Positions 1 to 13,110 of a stretch of 64,000 nucleotides of DNA are shown here, one piece after another. The position numbers and the translations under genes were made by a program. How positions within the stretch are numbered: the first letter of the stretch is position 1; each line of letters begins with the position of its first letter. The DNA is from Octopus bimaculoides (Eukaryota): contig NC_068981.1 of NCBI RefSeq assembly GCF_001194135.2, positions 49,552,026 to 49,616,025 on the forward strand, given 5' to 3'. Under the pieces are notes generated by a model. It saw only the letters and a list, made by a program, of their open reading frames with translations. It was not told the DNA's origin and made no database searches.

Positions 1-1828
1 GCGTACTGAAAAGCTCATTTACTTGTGTTCAACTAAGGAAGTTTGGTTGATATACACAATCTCTCAATTTCTCGGTAGTATCACAATGCAAACTTAGATA
101 ATAAAGATCTGAAATTGCATGACCTACCCACAGGAGAAAATGCACCTCCACTTATTTATTTATTTATTTTCAATCTATAATGGTCATCTCAAACTACCTC
201 ACTTTCTCTATCTCTTTTACTCTGTTACAGCTTATGTATATATATGTAACCTCACACACAAATGCATAAATATATAGTCATTAGTGTATACATATACACA
301 TATACATGCATATGTGTGTGTGTGTGAGTGTGTATGCTGTATAATATGTATGTATGCACATATTTATGTGTGTATGTATGCATGTATGTATGTATGTATG
401 TATAAGTGTGTATGTTTCTATGTTGTATGTGTAAATACGTCCACATAATTTTGCGTGTAATAAAGTATAACAGCACGACACGCATACATATTTACTGAAG
501 AGCCAGCCATACATCCATAACTCGCATATATGAGGCAAACTTTCTATTAGCATATGGTAAAATCAACAGGGGTAAGCTACGAATACAGAAAAGGTTCTTT
601 TAAAACCCAAATGAATAACCACCTCATTACTGATTTCCAACTTGAAAGATGTAATTTATCAACATCTAACTCATCGGATTTTATCCACTTTTTAAATGAG
701 CGATTACAGTTATTACATTAACATCATCATATTAACAATACATGGTGTGTAAAAAATGAAGGACCAAAACTATATTAGTCATTCATTACCATTATTTCGT
801 TTGTTTTGCTTTGTTTTTTAATGTCGGAAAACTTACTCCATATAAATATTTGAATGCCTTTGCTACGCATAAACTTTGTGAAATAGCCAATTGATAATTA
901 TCAGTGAGTTGTTGTACAATATGTATTGTTCTTACTGTAGAATATCTTGCTTAAGGTGCGAGAGGTTTGTAATATATGCATAAACAGATGTACGTGCAAC
1001 CATATTCTGAGTTCCTTGGCAACTATATATTTAAAGACATCGCAGTAGCAATTGAAATACACAGAACCATGCACATTAATGCATTAATGTAGATTTCACT
1101 GAATAAGTCTGTGTTAGAAAATAGAATACGTTAATCACAATCATATGAAACGTGGAATGAATCGAAACTTGTACTTTCATATATCATCTAAATTTTGCTA
1201 GCGGTTGCAAAACTCAAACGCCAACGTCTCTTTAGTGAAGCTACGTGTGTGATTCTTATTAGTTTTTCCATTAGCTACTAATACATGAATGGCATTACAG
1301 TAGTAGATTTAGAGTAATATTTACAAGGGTATACTAATTGGGTTCTAAATTCATTACTAGCGATCTTTTAAGCCAATATATCTAATGAACATGTCGCCAA
1401 TCAACATAGGGCATTTACAATTCAAGTAAAACCACTTTATAATGACTGAAATTGCCCTAATGAATAACATTGATGCAAACTTCACAATCGATGAGTTGAC
1501 ACCAAAAGATTTCTTAGGCGTGGTTTTTATCATTGTGAAAGCACATGACGCTATATATTATCATGTCAACACCATTAAGGCAACAAAATAGTATTTATCT
1601 ATGTATCTATATGTCTGTCTATTTATCTATTTTTCGATCAATTAATAAGTATGTGCGTGAGTGTGCTTATGTGTATATTTATATGCGCATATACTTGCGT
1701 GTGCCTGTGTGTGTGAGTGTGTGTATGTGTACATGTATGCGAATGGTAATAGATAGACAGACAGAGAAAGAGGCACTTATTTAAATAACACATTTTACGG
1801 GAACTCTATCAATATCTATGTGCATGTA

Positions 1829-2043
1829 AGGCGGCGAAATGGCAGAAACGTTAGCACGCCGGACGAAATGCTTAGCAGTATTTTGTCAGTCTTTATGTTC
1901 TGAGTTCAAATTCCGCCGAGGTTGACTTTACCTTTTATCCTTTCGGGGTCGATAAATTAAGTACCAGTTGCGTACTGGTTCGATGTAATCGACTGGCCCC
2001 CTCAACAAAAGTTTCGGGCCTTGTGCCTAAAGTAGAAAAAAAT
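1829..2043 (+). mobile_element. tRNA-derived SINE, family A (best-preserved copy)
   Basis: A-box-like TGGCAGAAACG (1840) and B-box GAGTTCAAATTCC (1902), followed by GACTTTACCTTTTATCCTTTCGGGGTCGATAAATTAAGTACCAG and a GGGCCTTGTGCCTAAAGTAGAAAAA tail. Homologous copies occur elsewhere in the window. Confidence 0.85.
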
Positions 2044-2448
2044 ATATGTGGCCATGTGTGTCTGTGACTATCTCTGTACTTGTATATAAGCTTGTGTGTA
2101 TTTATGCATGTATATATGTATATATGTATTTATGTATGGATGTATGTAAGGGTGGATGGATATTCACGTATGTTATAGTTGCACAGAAAATGTTACCTTC
2201 ATCGGATATATAAGTAAACTGCAACATGCGCATATGCGTGTTCGTGTGTACGTTTTTAAGTGTGTCACTAAACATCTAGCCTATCGTATAACACATGGAC
2301 CCTAGAGTGTAAGACATAAACTACTTTAGTTTTTACGCTCTTTCCATATGACAGTTAAAAAAATTAATGACTGGGCTATTCTTGAGTACGTAAACACCGA
2401 GACGTTGGTTATAACCATTGTATAATAAATGTCTAAAATATGTGTGCA

Positions 2449-2450
<2 letters not shown>

Positions 2451-2521
<71 letters not shown>
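2451..2521. repeat. (TATC)n microsatellite running into a gap
   Basis: Seen directly in the sequence. Confidence 0.95.
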
Positions 2522-2789
2522 NNNNNNNNNNNNNNNNNNNNNNNNNNNNNNNNNNNNNNNNNNNNNNNNNNNNNNNNNNNNNNNNNNNNNNNNNNNNNNN
2601 NNNNNNNNNNNNNNNNNNNNNNNNNNNNNNNNNNNNNNNNNNNNNNNNNNNNNNNNNNNNNNNNNNNNNNNNNNNNNNNNNNNNNNNNNNNNNNNNNNNN
2701 NNNNNNNNNNNNNNNNNNNNNNNATATATATATATATATATAGTATCAGTAATACCCGTCATTTACTGCTTCTCGGATGAGATGCTATA

Positions 2790-3000
2790 TAGAAGAAGAG
2801 GTTTACAGAATCTAGTTGACTGCGAATGCACTGAAAATGATGCAGGTCAAGTGGAACACCCATTTGTCAACTTTTCTTTTGACATTTGAGTAGGCCGTGT
2901 GCCGAAGGAGAATTGAAAGATTCAGTTTAGAATCTGGACGAAGGTGAGTCTACCACCACAAATTTAGGTTTACTCGTCCTGTATCTGTGTGTTATACCAG
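2790..3000 (+). mobile_element. Possible very old RTE-like 3' fragment
   Basis: LKMMQVKWNTHL...FSLESGRR*VYHHKFRF loosely resembles QLRWxGH..ELxxGKRxxGRPxLRFKD. Confidence 0.25.
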
Positions 3001-4052
3001 ACGAAACATATAATAATACAAGTAGGACAAAGATAGACTTGATGTTGCAATCAAGCAACTATGAGTGTTCGAACTTGAGTTTTTTTAATGCTCACGGCAA
3101 AAGAAAATGGGATAGGAAACTGCAACGGCTTAATTTGGAATGGAAATTATATAGTATAACTGGTATGCGAGGAACAAAGACGGTGTCACCCTCACCACAA
3201 TCCGTAAGAATATATGCCTCAGTTCAGTTGTACCATAGCATAATTTTGGATAAACAAACGAAAAAAGACACAAACATACAGATGATCTCTCTTATATATA
3301 TACATATANNNNNNNNNNNNNNNNNNNNNNNNNNNNNNNNNNNNNNNNNNNNNNNNNNNNNNNNNNNNNNNNNNNNNNNNNNNNNNNNNNNNNNNNNNNN
3401 NNNNNNNNNNNNNNNNNNNNNNNNNNNNNNNNNNNNNNNNNNNNNNNNNNNNNNNNNNNNNNNNNNNNNNNNNNNNNNNNNNNNNNNNNNNNNNNNNNNN
3501 NNNNNNNNNNNNNNNNNNNNNNNNNNNNNNNNNNNNNNNNNNNNNNNNNNNNNNNNNNNNNNNNNNNNNNNNNNNNNNNNNNNNNNNNNNNNNNNNNNNN
3601 NNNNNNNNNNNNNNNNNNNNNNNNNNNNNNNNNNNNNNNNNNNNNNNNNNNNNNNNNNNNNNNNNNNNNNNNNNNNNNNNNNNNNNNNNNNNNNNNNNNN
3701 NNNNNNNNNNNNNNNNNNNNNNNNNNNNNNNNNNNNNNNNNNNNNNNNNNNNNNNNNNNNNNNNNNNNNNNNNNNNNNNNNNNNNNNNNNNNNNNNNNNN
3801 NNNNNNNNNNNNNNNNNNNNNNNNNNNNNNNNNNNNNNNNNNNNNNNNNNNNNNNNNNNNNNNNNNNNNNNNNNNNNNNNNNNNNNNNNNNNNNNNNNNN
3901 NNNNNNNNNNNNNNNNNNNNNNNNNNNNNNNNNNNNNNNNNNNNNNNNNNNNNNNNNNNNNNNNNNNNNNNNNNNNNNNNNNNNNNNNNNNNNNNNNNNN
4001 NNNNNNNNNNNNNNNNNNNNNNNNNNNNNNNNNNNNNNNNNNNNNNNNNNNN

Positions 4053-4398
4053 AACGGGCTGATTACTACCTAGCTCAGATACCAGGAAACCCCAAAATGG
4101 CTGAAGTTCAAAAGATAGTGCTCATGGGAACTGCCCATATCCTATGTAAAATACTGTCTATGTGATCTCAAATTTTAAAGCAAACATAATTTTCTTATGG
4201 TTTCTTAAACATTCACTTGAACAAAACTGTACAAATCCAAATATATGGTACCCTAGGCATAACACCTACATGAACTTTTAACTTGTTGTCTCTTGAGGTC
4301 TCTGGGTGAGACTTGGATCCAACTTGTACAAATGCAAAACAAAAGTCAAACATAAAATAATAATAATAATAATGATGATGATAATAATAATAATAATA
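4053..4398 (+). mobile_element. 3' end of an R4/Dong-like (RLE) non-LTR retrotransposon with a (TAA)n tail
   Basis: 4055-4165 reads RADYYLAQIPGNPKMAEVQKIVLMGTAHILCKILSM*, matching the R4-clade C-terminal QKxxLxGTAxILRK motif. A ~190-bp 3' UTR and (TAA)n/(TGA)n follow. The 5' part is lost in the gap. Confidence 0.8.
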
Positions 4399-4493
4399 AA
4401 TAGACACATACATAATAGATTCCCTTGAACCATTCACATTTATTTTGATAGACAAACAAACGAGCTGTCACAGAAACGGACAGAATCTCTATT

Positions 4494-4509
4494 ATATATA
4501 TATATATAT

Positions 4510-4550
<41 letters not shown>

Positions 4551-4620
4551 GGAGAGAGTGAGAGGGAGAGAGAGAGAAAAAGAGTGAGAGAGAGAGAAAG
4601 AGTGAAAGAGAGAAAGAGAG
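4494..4620. repeat. (TA)n plus (GA)n compound microsatellite
   Basis: Seen directly in the sequence. Confidence 0.95.
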
Positions 4621-4623
4621 AGC

Positions 4624-4759
4624 GAGGTTACAAAAGTGACAGAGAGTGCTGACTATCATCGCTCTTACTAAGGATAATAGTTGATTTATCTCAAAGTCAC
4701 AAATGCACTGTCTAGCAAAAGCGGTGCCACACACCACACTCGGTCACTTTTGTGACCTC
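4624..4759. mobile_element. 136-bp MITE-like element with 17-bp terminal inverted repeats
   Basis: Left GAGGTTACAAAAGTGAC versus reverse complement of the right end GAGGTCACAAAAGTGAC (16/17), with weaker pairing continuing inward. Confidence 0.6.
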
Positions 4760-4898
4760 TATTAATTTTACCTAATAAGCCACCTTTTTTTAATTTGTTA
4801 TATATGTATGGTGCGGGTGTTTGTGCGTATGCATACGTGTGTAAATATATTTGTAAATAAATACATGTGAGTCTGTGTACGATTGTTGATTTATCTGT

Positions 4899-4972
<74 letters not shown>

Positions 4973-7900
4973 CATCGACACATGCACGCGCATATCGGCA
5001 TAAGAGTTTAGAGAATCCGAAAGATCGTCAAATAGTTCTTTCTTCTTAGCAGATAATTCTATAAATAATAGTGTATAAATATTGCATCAGGAAACCATTT
5101 GGATAAGATTTGGTTGAAGGCTGCTACTTCACCTTACTTCTTGAGCAAGCATCACAAATGTATTTTATTTAGATTTACTGTCGTTGGACTGTAACCACAT
5201 ATCGATACAATCTTGAAAGCTGTTATAGATGTAACTGAGCCGATTCCATATTCTAATTCTGTGCAGTTTGCTCAAACATTTTCTGTCGAAATGCTTGCTT
5301 AAGGGTGTATAAACGAATATCTCTTTTTCCTTTTATATATATATATATTTTTGTTTGTACTTTTTGTGCTAAGAGTTCGAAAGGCCAGTAAACAAGGAAA
5401 AACAGTAAGTGTGCTGGGCGTGAGGCCTTGCCTTTATTCTCCGACTCGTTGCACTCTAAGAGCAACGACTGGAATGGAAATTGAGTCACGTTCCACCATC
5501 GAAAATTGCTAACATATCTTTTCGGTCAAACGTGGGTGATATAGTGAAAAACATATTTTCATACAGTTATTCTGGTTGTCTTCCTTCAAGCATATTTTAC
5601 TTGTACAAGTATGTGCATATTGTACACATGAAGGGTGAATAATCACCAGTGTACAATGTTCTATTCACAAACACAGACACACTTATGATAATGTTGTGCG
5701 CGCGCGTGTGTGTGTATGTGACAAAGTGACTATTGGAGACATTATCGCAGAATACATTATCATTTATTTTTAGAAGGTAAAATTTGAAGGTTCATCTTAG
5801 TTACCTTTGCCAGAATATCAGAGAGTGTCAAAAGGTCTATATGTAACATGGAAGCACCTGTCAATATTGTCTTAGTAATCTTAAAAATATCATATATGTG
5901 TGCATGTGTGTGTTTGCAGTTTGTGCGTTTCCGTGTGTGTGTGTGTGTGTATCTGTGTGTGTGTGTGTGTGTGTCTCAGTGAGTGTCTGAGTATGCGTGT
6001 GTGAGTGTGTGGGTGCGCGTGTGTACATGTGTTTGTATATGTGTGTGTTGCTTATTTTGGTGTGTGTTTGTGTGTGTGTGTCTGTGTTACTTATTCGGGT
6101 GTTAATCAATAATGGTTGGAATTAATTTGCAAAAGCAGACGCAGTGTACGAAAATAACAACGAGTTTTATAACATTTAATTATAGTTTGTTATGCCACAA
6201 AAAGTAAACATGAAAATTAAAGTGATATTTTAATTAGTCAGCATTTCCTAATTAGTTAATTGCTTAAGCATTGAAAACCACTTATATAATTTATTCATTA
6301 AATGCTTCTCATAAGTAAGTAATATTTCTAAATATATCTTGTTTTCTAATATCAGAAAATATATATTCACTAAAATACAGTTTCTTACGTTGTAATTCGC
6401 TCATAATTAGCACCAGCTTGAAGTTATTCTCCGAGGAATAAACTTTTGAGCCTTCATTTTCAATTATAGAGTCACGGAAAATTCGTTCCTAGATGTTAGT
6501 ATCGTACAATAATTAATGAAATGCAAAGTTCAACTCATTGGAATGGCTAGAGCTTTCATTTCATTAACTAGTCATTTGTATGTCGGATCAAATAGTAACA
6601 CTTGCGCCTTTCAATTGCATATATTTATGTTTTTATTCACCAAGTTATTATTTATTTTGTCTTGGAATTATTAAAATGCATTATATCAGATGCCTTTTAA
6701 AACGTATGATACTATAACATTTAATATGCATTCACGTGTTTCCATTCTGTGTTTAACGGTATTTTTTTTCTTCGTTAAGCAATTGCTCATACGTTATCTG
6801 CTCCATAAACAAATTATTTTAACATACTTTACTCCTGGTTACAATATTATTGTCCATTAGATTCCTTTACATAGCTGACACTCAAGGACGTAATTCAAAC
6901 GTTTTTGCCACTTGAAAACATGCACTTATACACAAAGGCACAAACACAGATATGTATGCAAGCATTTATATATGCTTACATGCATACATACATGCATGTA
7001 TACATACATATACACATACTTTCATACATATACACATACATACATACAAACAATCTTACACATATATGTATATACATATATGTATAAAAGTATATACTTA
7101 TATGCGTGTGTGTATATATATGTATGTATATGTGTGTGTGTGTGTGTGATTTGTTTGTGTGTATGAATGTATGTATATACGTATGTATGTATGGTTGTAT
7201 GTATGTATATTGCGTAACTTAGCCCGTCATCCTTTTACGTGATTGAGATTGAAGTAATGTAATTATAACTCTGTCGCGTGATTAGTTGAATGGAGAGAGA
7301 GGAGAAAGTAAAATCAGAGAGAATAATATGATAAGGCGAAGAGTGAGACACAAACAAAGAGAAATAAAAAAAAGGGGAGAGAAGCGTCCATGCCGTGAGA
7401 TAGGAGGAACGTAGTATTTATTATGTGGTTTAAAATTTAGTTGAACATGGGAATATAGATAGATTTATATATATAATTATAGCAGAGGGGTAATGTTGTG
7501 ATGTTGAGGTTAAATAAAGTCAGAGAGAGTGGAAAGTGGAAGAGACAGGAGTGAGAGAGGGGAAAAGATGGGGAAAGTGAAAGGAGGGAGAGAAGGGGAG
7601 AGTGGGAGAGCGAGATGATGCTGGTGACTGAGGTGGTTGTGGTGGTGGTGGTGGTAGAGTTGGCAGTAAGAATTGCATAGTGAAAGTGTATCTTTTTAAA
7701 ATTTAACTATTTTTTATATCTCCTATTACTTAACGCATGCATATAAGGGAAATCCCGTGAAACATTCACTCTTATTTACGTAGCACATATATACAATTTA
7801 ACTGAAGATTGTATTCTAAGTACGGGATATCTTTTTTTAATAGCAAAAATTGTAAAATAAGTGTGAATATTTATTTTATGAGTACTGTTTATTAAGACTA

Positions 7901-10361
7901 TAAAATTCTGCATGAAGTATATAAAGTGTATATATAAAATACATCAAGTAATAATCGAATTCCAATTTCTTTCTCTTATGTCTTTTATTCAGATACAACA
8001 CAGGCAACGCTTTCAGGTTTTGGGGATAAAGTTTTCAGAAATAACCTGACAGGTTACCCATTAATTCCTTGAAATATTCACGGGTCCCGCTAGTTCGAAT
8101 AAGCACTTAAATACTTACTCGGTAACGTTAGATAATGTTTATGGTGTACACTAGATCGACTGGAAGACAATGAAAGAGTGAGGGATATTGTGGACATTAA
8201 AGGTGAATGGAAGAGAATGAAATAAATAACAATGATTCTCACAATTCGATGTATTCTGCAGGACTTATAAAACGGGTAGTAAATGACGTTAAATTCGAAA
8301 CACTCTAAATACAGGTAGTAAATATCGTGGTAGATACATAACCAGTAGTTAACGGATAGAGACACTGGCAATTTAGACACGTCGTGAGAATTTCCAAAAG
8401 CGAAGTGCTGAAATCATAGGGTCACATGAAAATAACAGAAATATACACTTCAACTCAGTTGTCAAGTTTAAGTAGATAATGTCGGTCAAAAGAGTTTGAG
8501 TGGTTAATTATTCTATGCTGAGCTGGCATCAAATTTCCTAGATTTAAGAATTTAAGGCGTAGTTTTGAAATATCTTGATAGGCTTTTGGAAGTGTTGGGC
8601 TTTACTGCGGAGGTTGAGTACGAGCTTGCAAGTAATGATTACTTAACCAAACGCAGTCCTGCTGAGTTTTTATGTTTTGTTTTTCAGCACTTGCACAGCG
8701 TTTGCTCAGCGCATGCTCTGAGTACAATGGGTTCAAGTTGAGTCAATGTCGGTTGTGGCTGGAAATCAGGCTTGCAAATTATTTGTAATTGTATTCGTGG
8801 AAATGTTCGTGATATAGAGCATGAGATTTTGAAAGGCCCGGGATGTGATTTTATAGGCGATATTGAGTGATGTACCAAGAAACCGAACGCATTTATCTTT
8901 TCTGAGAAGAAATTGAAAAATATATTGGAGAGGCAGAGAAACGAAAGTCCATATTCATTGAAACTTAGAAATAGTAACTGCTTATCATTTTATCGACTAC
9001 TTTCATATTTCTTTAGTCAGCCGGCTTTCTTATAAACTTGCATTTAAGTGTATATGATTCACAGATGGAATATATAAAATATTATTAGGCGTATGTACTT
9101 TGTCGGAAATGTCTTATTTACTAGATAATTTGGCTGTTTCTTTGTTAAGAAAATGTGCTTGATATGAAACACAATCTTATGCAATCCGACAAAAGGACGT
9201 GATGCTAAGAATTTCTTCTCTATTTGGTAAAACAAACTGACCTCAAAGCATGGCAATTTTCTTTATCTATTTTCGTGACAAAAGGAGGCTACAAAAGTCC
9301 AAATACTTAGAAATAACATTTAACATGATAAAGAATGAACCAGTATTGAAAATATGTGTCCTTTCTATCAAATACTCATTGACATTATTGTTTGAACAAT
9401 GACAATGTAAAAGGAATAAAACTTACGCAGTTTCTTTCAAAGGAACATGCCTTTAATGAGTGATATTCTGAAAACCACAAATGCTATCAGTGAATATCAT
9501 TTCTTACGAAATATGTGAGTGTATATACTAAACGTTTATGCACGTATATATGAGAGCGCGCCTGTCAGGTCAGTGCATATGTGTGTATGTATCAATGCGT
9601 TTCGCTTTCACCCTCCTGTTCCACTCTCTCTTTCTCTTTCTCTATGTTTCTCTCTCAATCTCTTATTCTGTGTATGTTGCAAACACAAGAAACAGTTGAA
9701 ACAATATTAATTAGATTAGCTTAACGCCTGATGAATGAATAAGAGCAAGTAAGTGCATTGAAGTTCAGAGTGCAAGTTATTCGTGTATTTAGACAGAGAA
9801 TCGTTTTATACAGAGTAAAACAACACAAAAATAGGGAACAATTAATTGTTTTTCTATAAAAATTCATTTTGTAGAGTTTAGAGGAAAACTAAAGGCATAA
9901 AAACACACAATTTTTATTTTTCATTTGCATAATAGCCACAGGGGAGATAATTCATCGAAAATTATGGATTACCTCTTCTTGTTTGTGTGAAATTATTCTG
10001 TACGTCGTGAACTCATTACATATACTTTAGTAGGTATGGTCTATGCTCGTTACATGCTTGTGTATGTGCACGTATGCATAGATGTCTGCATCAACAGTGT
10101 CAGGATGAATTTGTGTGTGCAAAGACAAGTATATTTATGTATGCATGTCCAAACATACGATGCTTCTTTAGTTTTATTCTTGAGAGAGTTCGAGCTGGTC
10201 GGTAACAAAGAGGCAGAAGTCTTTGTGTTACGAGAATTCCCGGTGTTTGTAAATATGTGGTTGAGGTGTGTTGGTTGAACTACCGTTTTATGAACCTTAG
10301 TGTGTGCCTTTATTCACATAAGAAGCTCAGACGGAGAATTTTAGTATACGATTCTGGGAAT

Positions 10362-10427
<66 letters not shown>

Positions 10428-10599
10428 TGTGTGTGTGTATGTATATATACTCATTTTACTCATTTTAATATCTGGATGCTATATAAACAATATAGAAACA
10501 CACACGCATATATATTTGTGTGTGTGTGTGTGTGTGAGTGTGCTTAAAAGTCCCTAGCTTCAAGGGTACCACGAAATAATGAGTTCTTTTATATGGCTC

Positions 10600-10870
10600 A
10601 GAGTTATTGAAAGACCGCTGGAAAAAGTGTGTGAATCTGCGAAGGGAGTGTGTTGTATACGCGTGAATACATGCAGTGAGGTGAATGCACCTGTTAACTG
10701 AAAGAGTGTAGTGTTTGAGTTCGTCAGTATTCAATGTTGAAGTGACTTCCGTTCCGCATTGTCGACGAAATTCTCGAGCACCCATGTATACAGATATCCG
10801 AAAATTAAGAGATATTGCGTAGAATGATCGGCAAATCACAAAACTGGGGGCAACTAGGGAATGAAGAAGG
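10600..10870 (+). mobile_element. Mariner-like transposase remnants
   Basis: ELLKDRWKKCVNLRRECV (C-terminal RWxKCVxxxGxY-like) and NVEVTSVP..DIRKLRDIA*NDRQIT (N-terminal DRRxT HTH-like). Confidence 0.35.
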
Positions 10871-11679
10871 TGTTCATGAAAACGCAAGATGAGCTGGTCA
10901 GATAGCGGCCGATCAGTCTCTCCGAAATATATAGATGTCGTATATTTTATACACTAAATACATTTTGAAGTACAACATGTGATGAAGTTTGTTACAGACA
11001 AAAATGTAAAGAATTCTGAGAAAACAGGTGATGTAAGAAATATCACGCGGAAAACGTTGATAATCAAGTCGAAATTCTATTCAATAAAGCGAGCTTACCG
11101 ATTAAGTCAAAGCCGATAACTATTAAAGCTATTAGTCTTATTATCTTAATAAGTAATGTATATTTTAAATGCTACGCTATGAATATATATTTTGCGAATA
11201 TTGTAGTATCGTTATGTTTACTATATCGCATTAATTAAACGGCTTGCTAGTGTAACCAAATATGCTTTTTTATAAAGGATTTACTGATTTTAATATCATC
11301 TGAATATTATATAAACACAATATACAAACACACACGTTTATAAACAGGGAAGGGGGAAAACCTTGAGACTAAATTCTTTGATAAAACCAGCGGATATTTC
11401 TGATAACATTCAATAAAGTAATTGGTGTGGGGAAAATTAATAATGATGTTTATCTTACTCTATCATCACTGATATACAAGGCAACTCACAAGGGATCTGT
11501 AGCTAAATAATTGATCACCCTTATTTGATCAGTATTTATCTCTGTATGCATGAGTAAACCTGACTAAAACTCTCTGGTAATTCAGGCTATCGCACAGGTT
11601 ATAGTAACTTTTATCGTCTAACTTTATCGTTTAACTATTTTAAGGAATTTTTGATGATGTAATAATAACAAAAACAACG

Positions 11680-11835
11680 ATGATAATGATGATGATGAGG
11701 AGGAGGAGGAGGAGGAGGAGGAGGGGAAGTGCAGTAGGTGGATGATGATGATGATGATGAAGATCATGATGATGATGATGATGATGATGATGATGGTGGT
11801 CATGATGATTATCATGATGATCATGATGTTCATGA
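11680..11835. repeat. Compound trinucleotide repeat (GAT)n/(GAG)n/(GAT,CAT)n
   Basis: Seen directly; it is the source of the poly-His/Asp/Ser ORFs in the track. Confidence 0.95.
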
Positions 11836-12609
11836 TAAAAATAATATAATATTAATAGTAGTAGTAATAGTAACAACAGCGTTTTTTCTTTTTTCCATAA
11901 TGGCAACAACTGACACCATATTATCAGTAAAAATTACAAAAAAATGCTGGGTTTTTCGTAGAGTATACTAGGAAATGTATAAAAAAGTGTGAAATTTGAC
12001 AAATGATGGGGCACCATAAACGCAACATTAAGAAGAAGGCTCATTGAAACGTTCCTACACCTTCGTATTATTGTATCATGAAATATGCGCTTGGCTTGGG
12101 CAAATCGCTTATTAGAGAGTTTTTCTTGCCACTGACGTATTGTTTGCAATGCTCTTTCATTAGACCCCGTCTAAACGTCTACGTAGTATCTCTCTGCCAT
12201 ACTATTATCTATAGCTGTATATTTGCTGATTCTAACCAACGCTAATTTATGTTTCTGTTGTTCATGCTGTTGTTGCTGCATCGGCACTTATATCTATTTT
12301 TGCTTGTATTCTTGCTGCTGGTTTTAGCTTGATCTTATCGCCGGTGTGGTTGTTCGTATTTTTCATGCGCAGTTACTTTTTTTACTCTCTTTTTTTATTG
12401 TTTTTACCTAATGTAAGGTCTTTTTTATGCTATTATTTTGTATATAGATTTTTTGTACTGTTGTTGCTGGTGTTGTTGCCGACGTCGCCGTCATCGTCGT
12501 GGTTGAATGATTGAATGGTTTTCGTCCTCGCATAAATTGCCCGTTTAGTTTCGAGTTCGTGATTGCTGGAATAGTTTTCTGTTTCTCATCCTACTTGTTC
12601 GTTCTCATA

Positions 12610-13110
12610 CTAAGTACTTTTGAGTTTGCTTTGCGGGCAGAGGTAAGAAAAGAGTTTGCTTGGAATGTCTTTGCTTTGCTGTAATTGCAGCTGACGTTCG
12701 TGGTATTGGTGAGGCCTGTTTGAAACTCTTTTCCGAGTAGTGTTTAACAGTACGGTTTCTGCAGTTGGCACACCCCCTATTCTTCTGGATGAAGCGGCGG
12801 AGTTGTTTCCTGTAAAGCTAAAGAATCGCCGCACTTTTTTGTTTACCACTGTAGATTTAAAAGCTTCAGGGAGTCCACTTTGCACCTTGTGCAGCACATA
12901 GGCTGCCCCACTGCCACCAGTAATGGTATTCCTTTAAAATCCTCGAAAACTACATGATCTTGGAGGTCTGGTAGTTCTTCAGGTGCAACGAACATGCAGA
13001 ACACTTGGTCAGGTCCTGTGAAATAAAACCTCATTTATCCGATGTATGCAGGAATTGTTATAAGCTTTTGCCCTAATCTTATTAATACTTATAAGAGAAT
13101 CTGTCCCACG
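12610..13110 (-). mobile_element. Possible L1/Tx1-like ORF1 (gag-like) remnant
   Basis: KLITIPAYIG*MRFYF..ELPDLQDHVVFEDFKGIPLLVAVGQPMCCTRCK resembles the ORF1 region that leads into a CxxC zinc knuckle. The His/Cys half of the knuckle is missing. Confidence 0.4.

Noticed and set aside
11624-11971. Poly-His/Asp/Ile/Ser ORFs
   Set aside because: All frames are open only because of trinucleotide repeats, and there is no splice or domain support.
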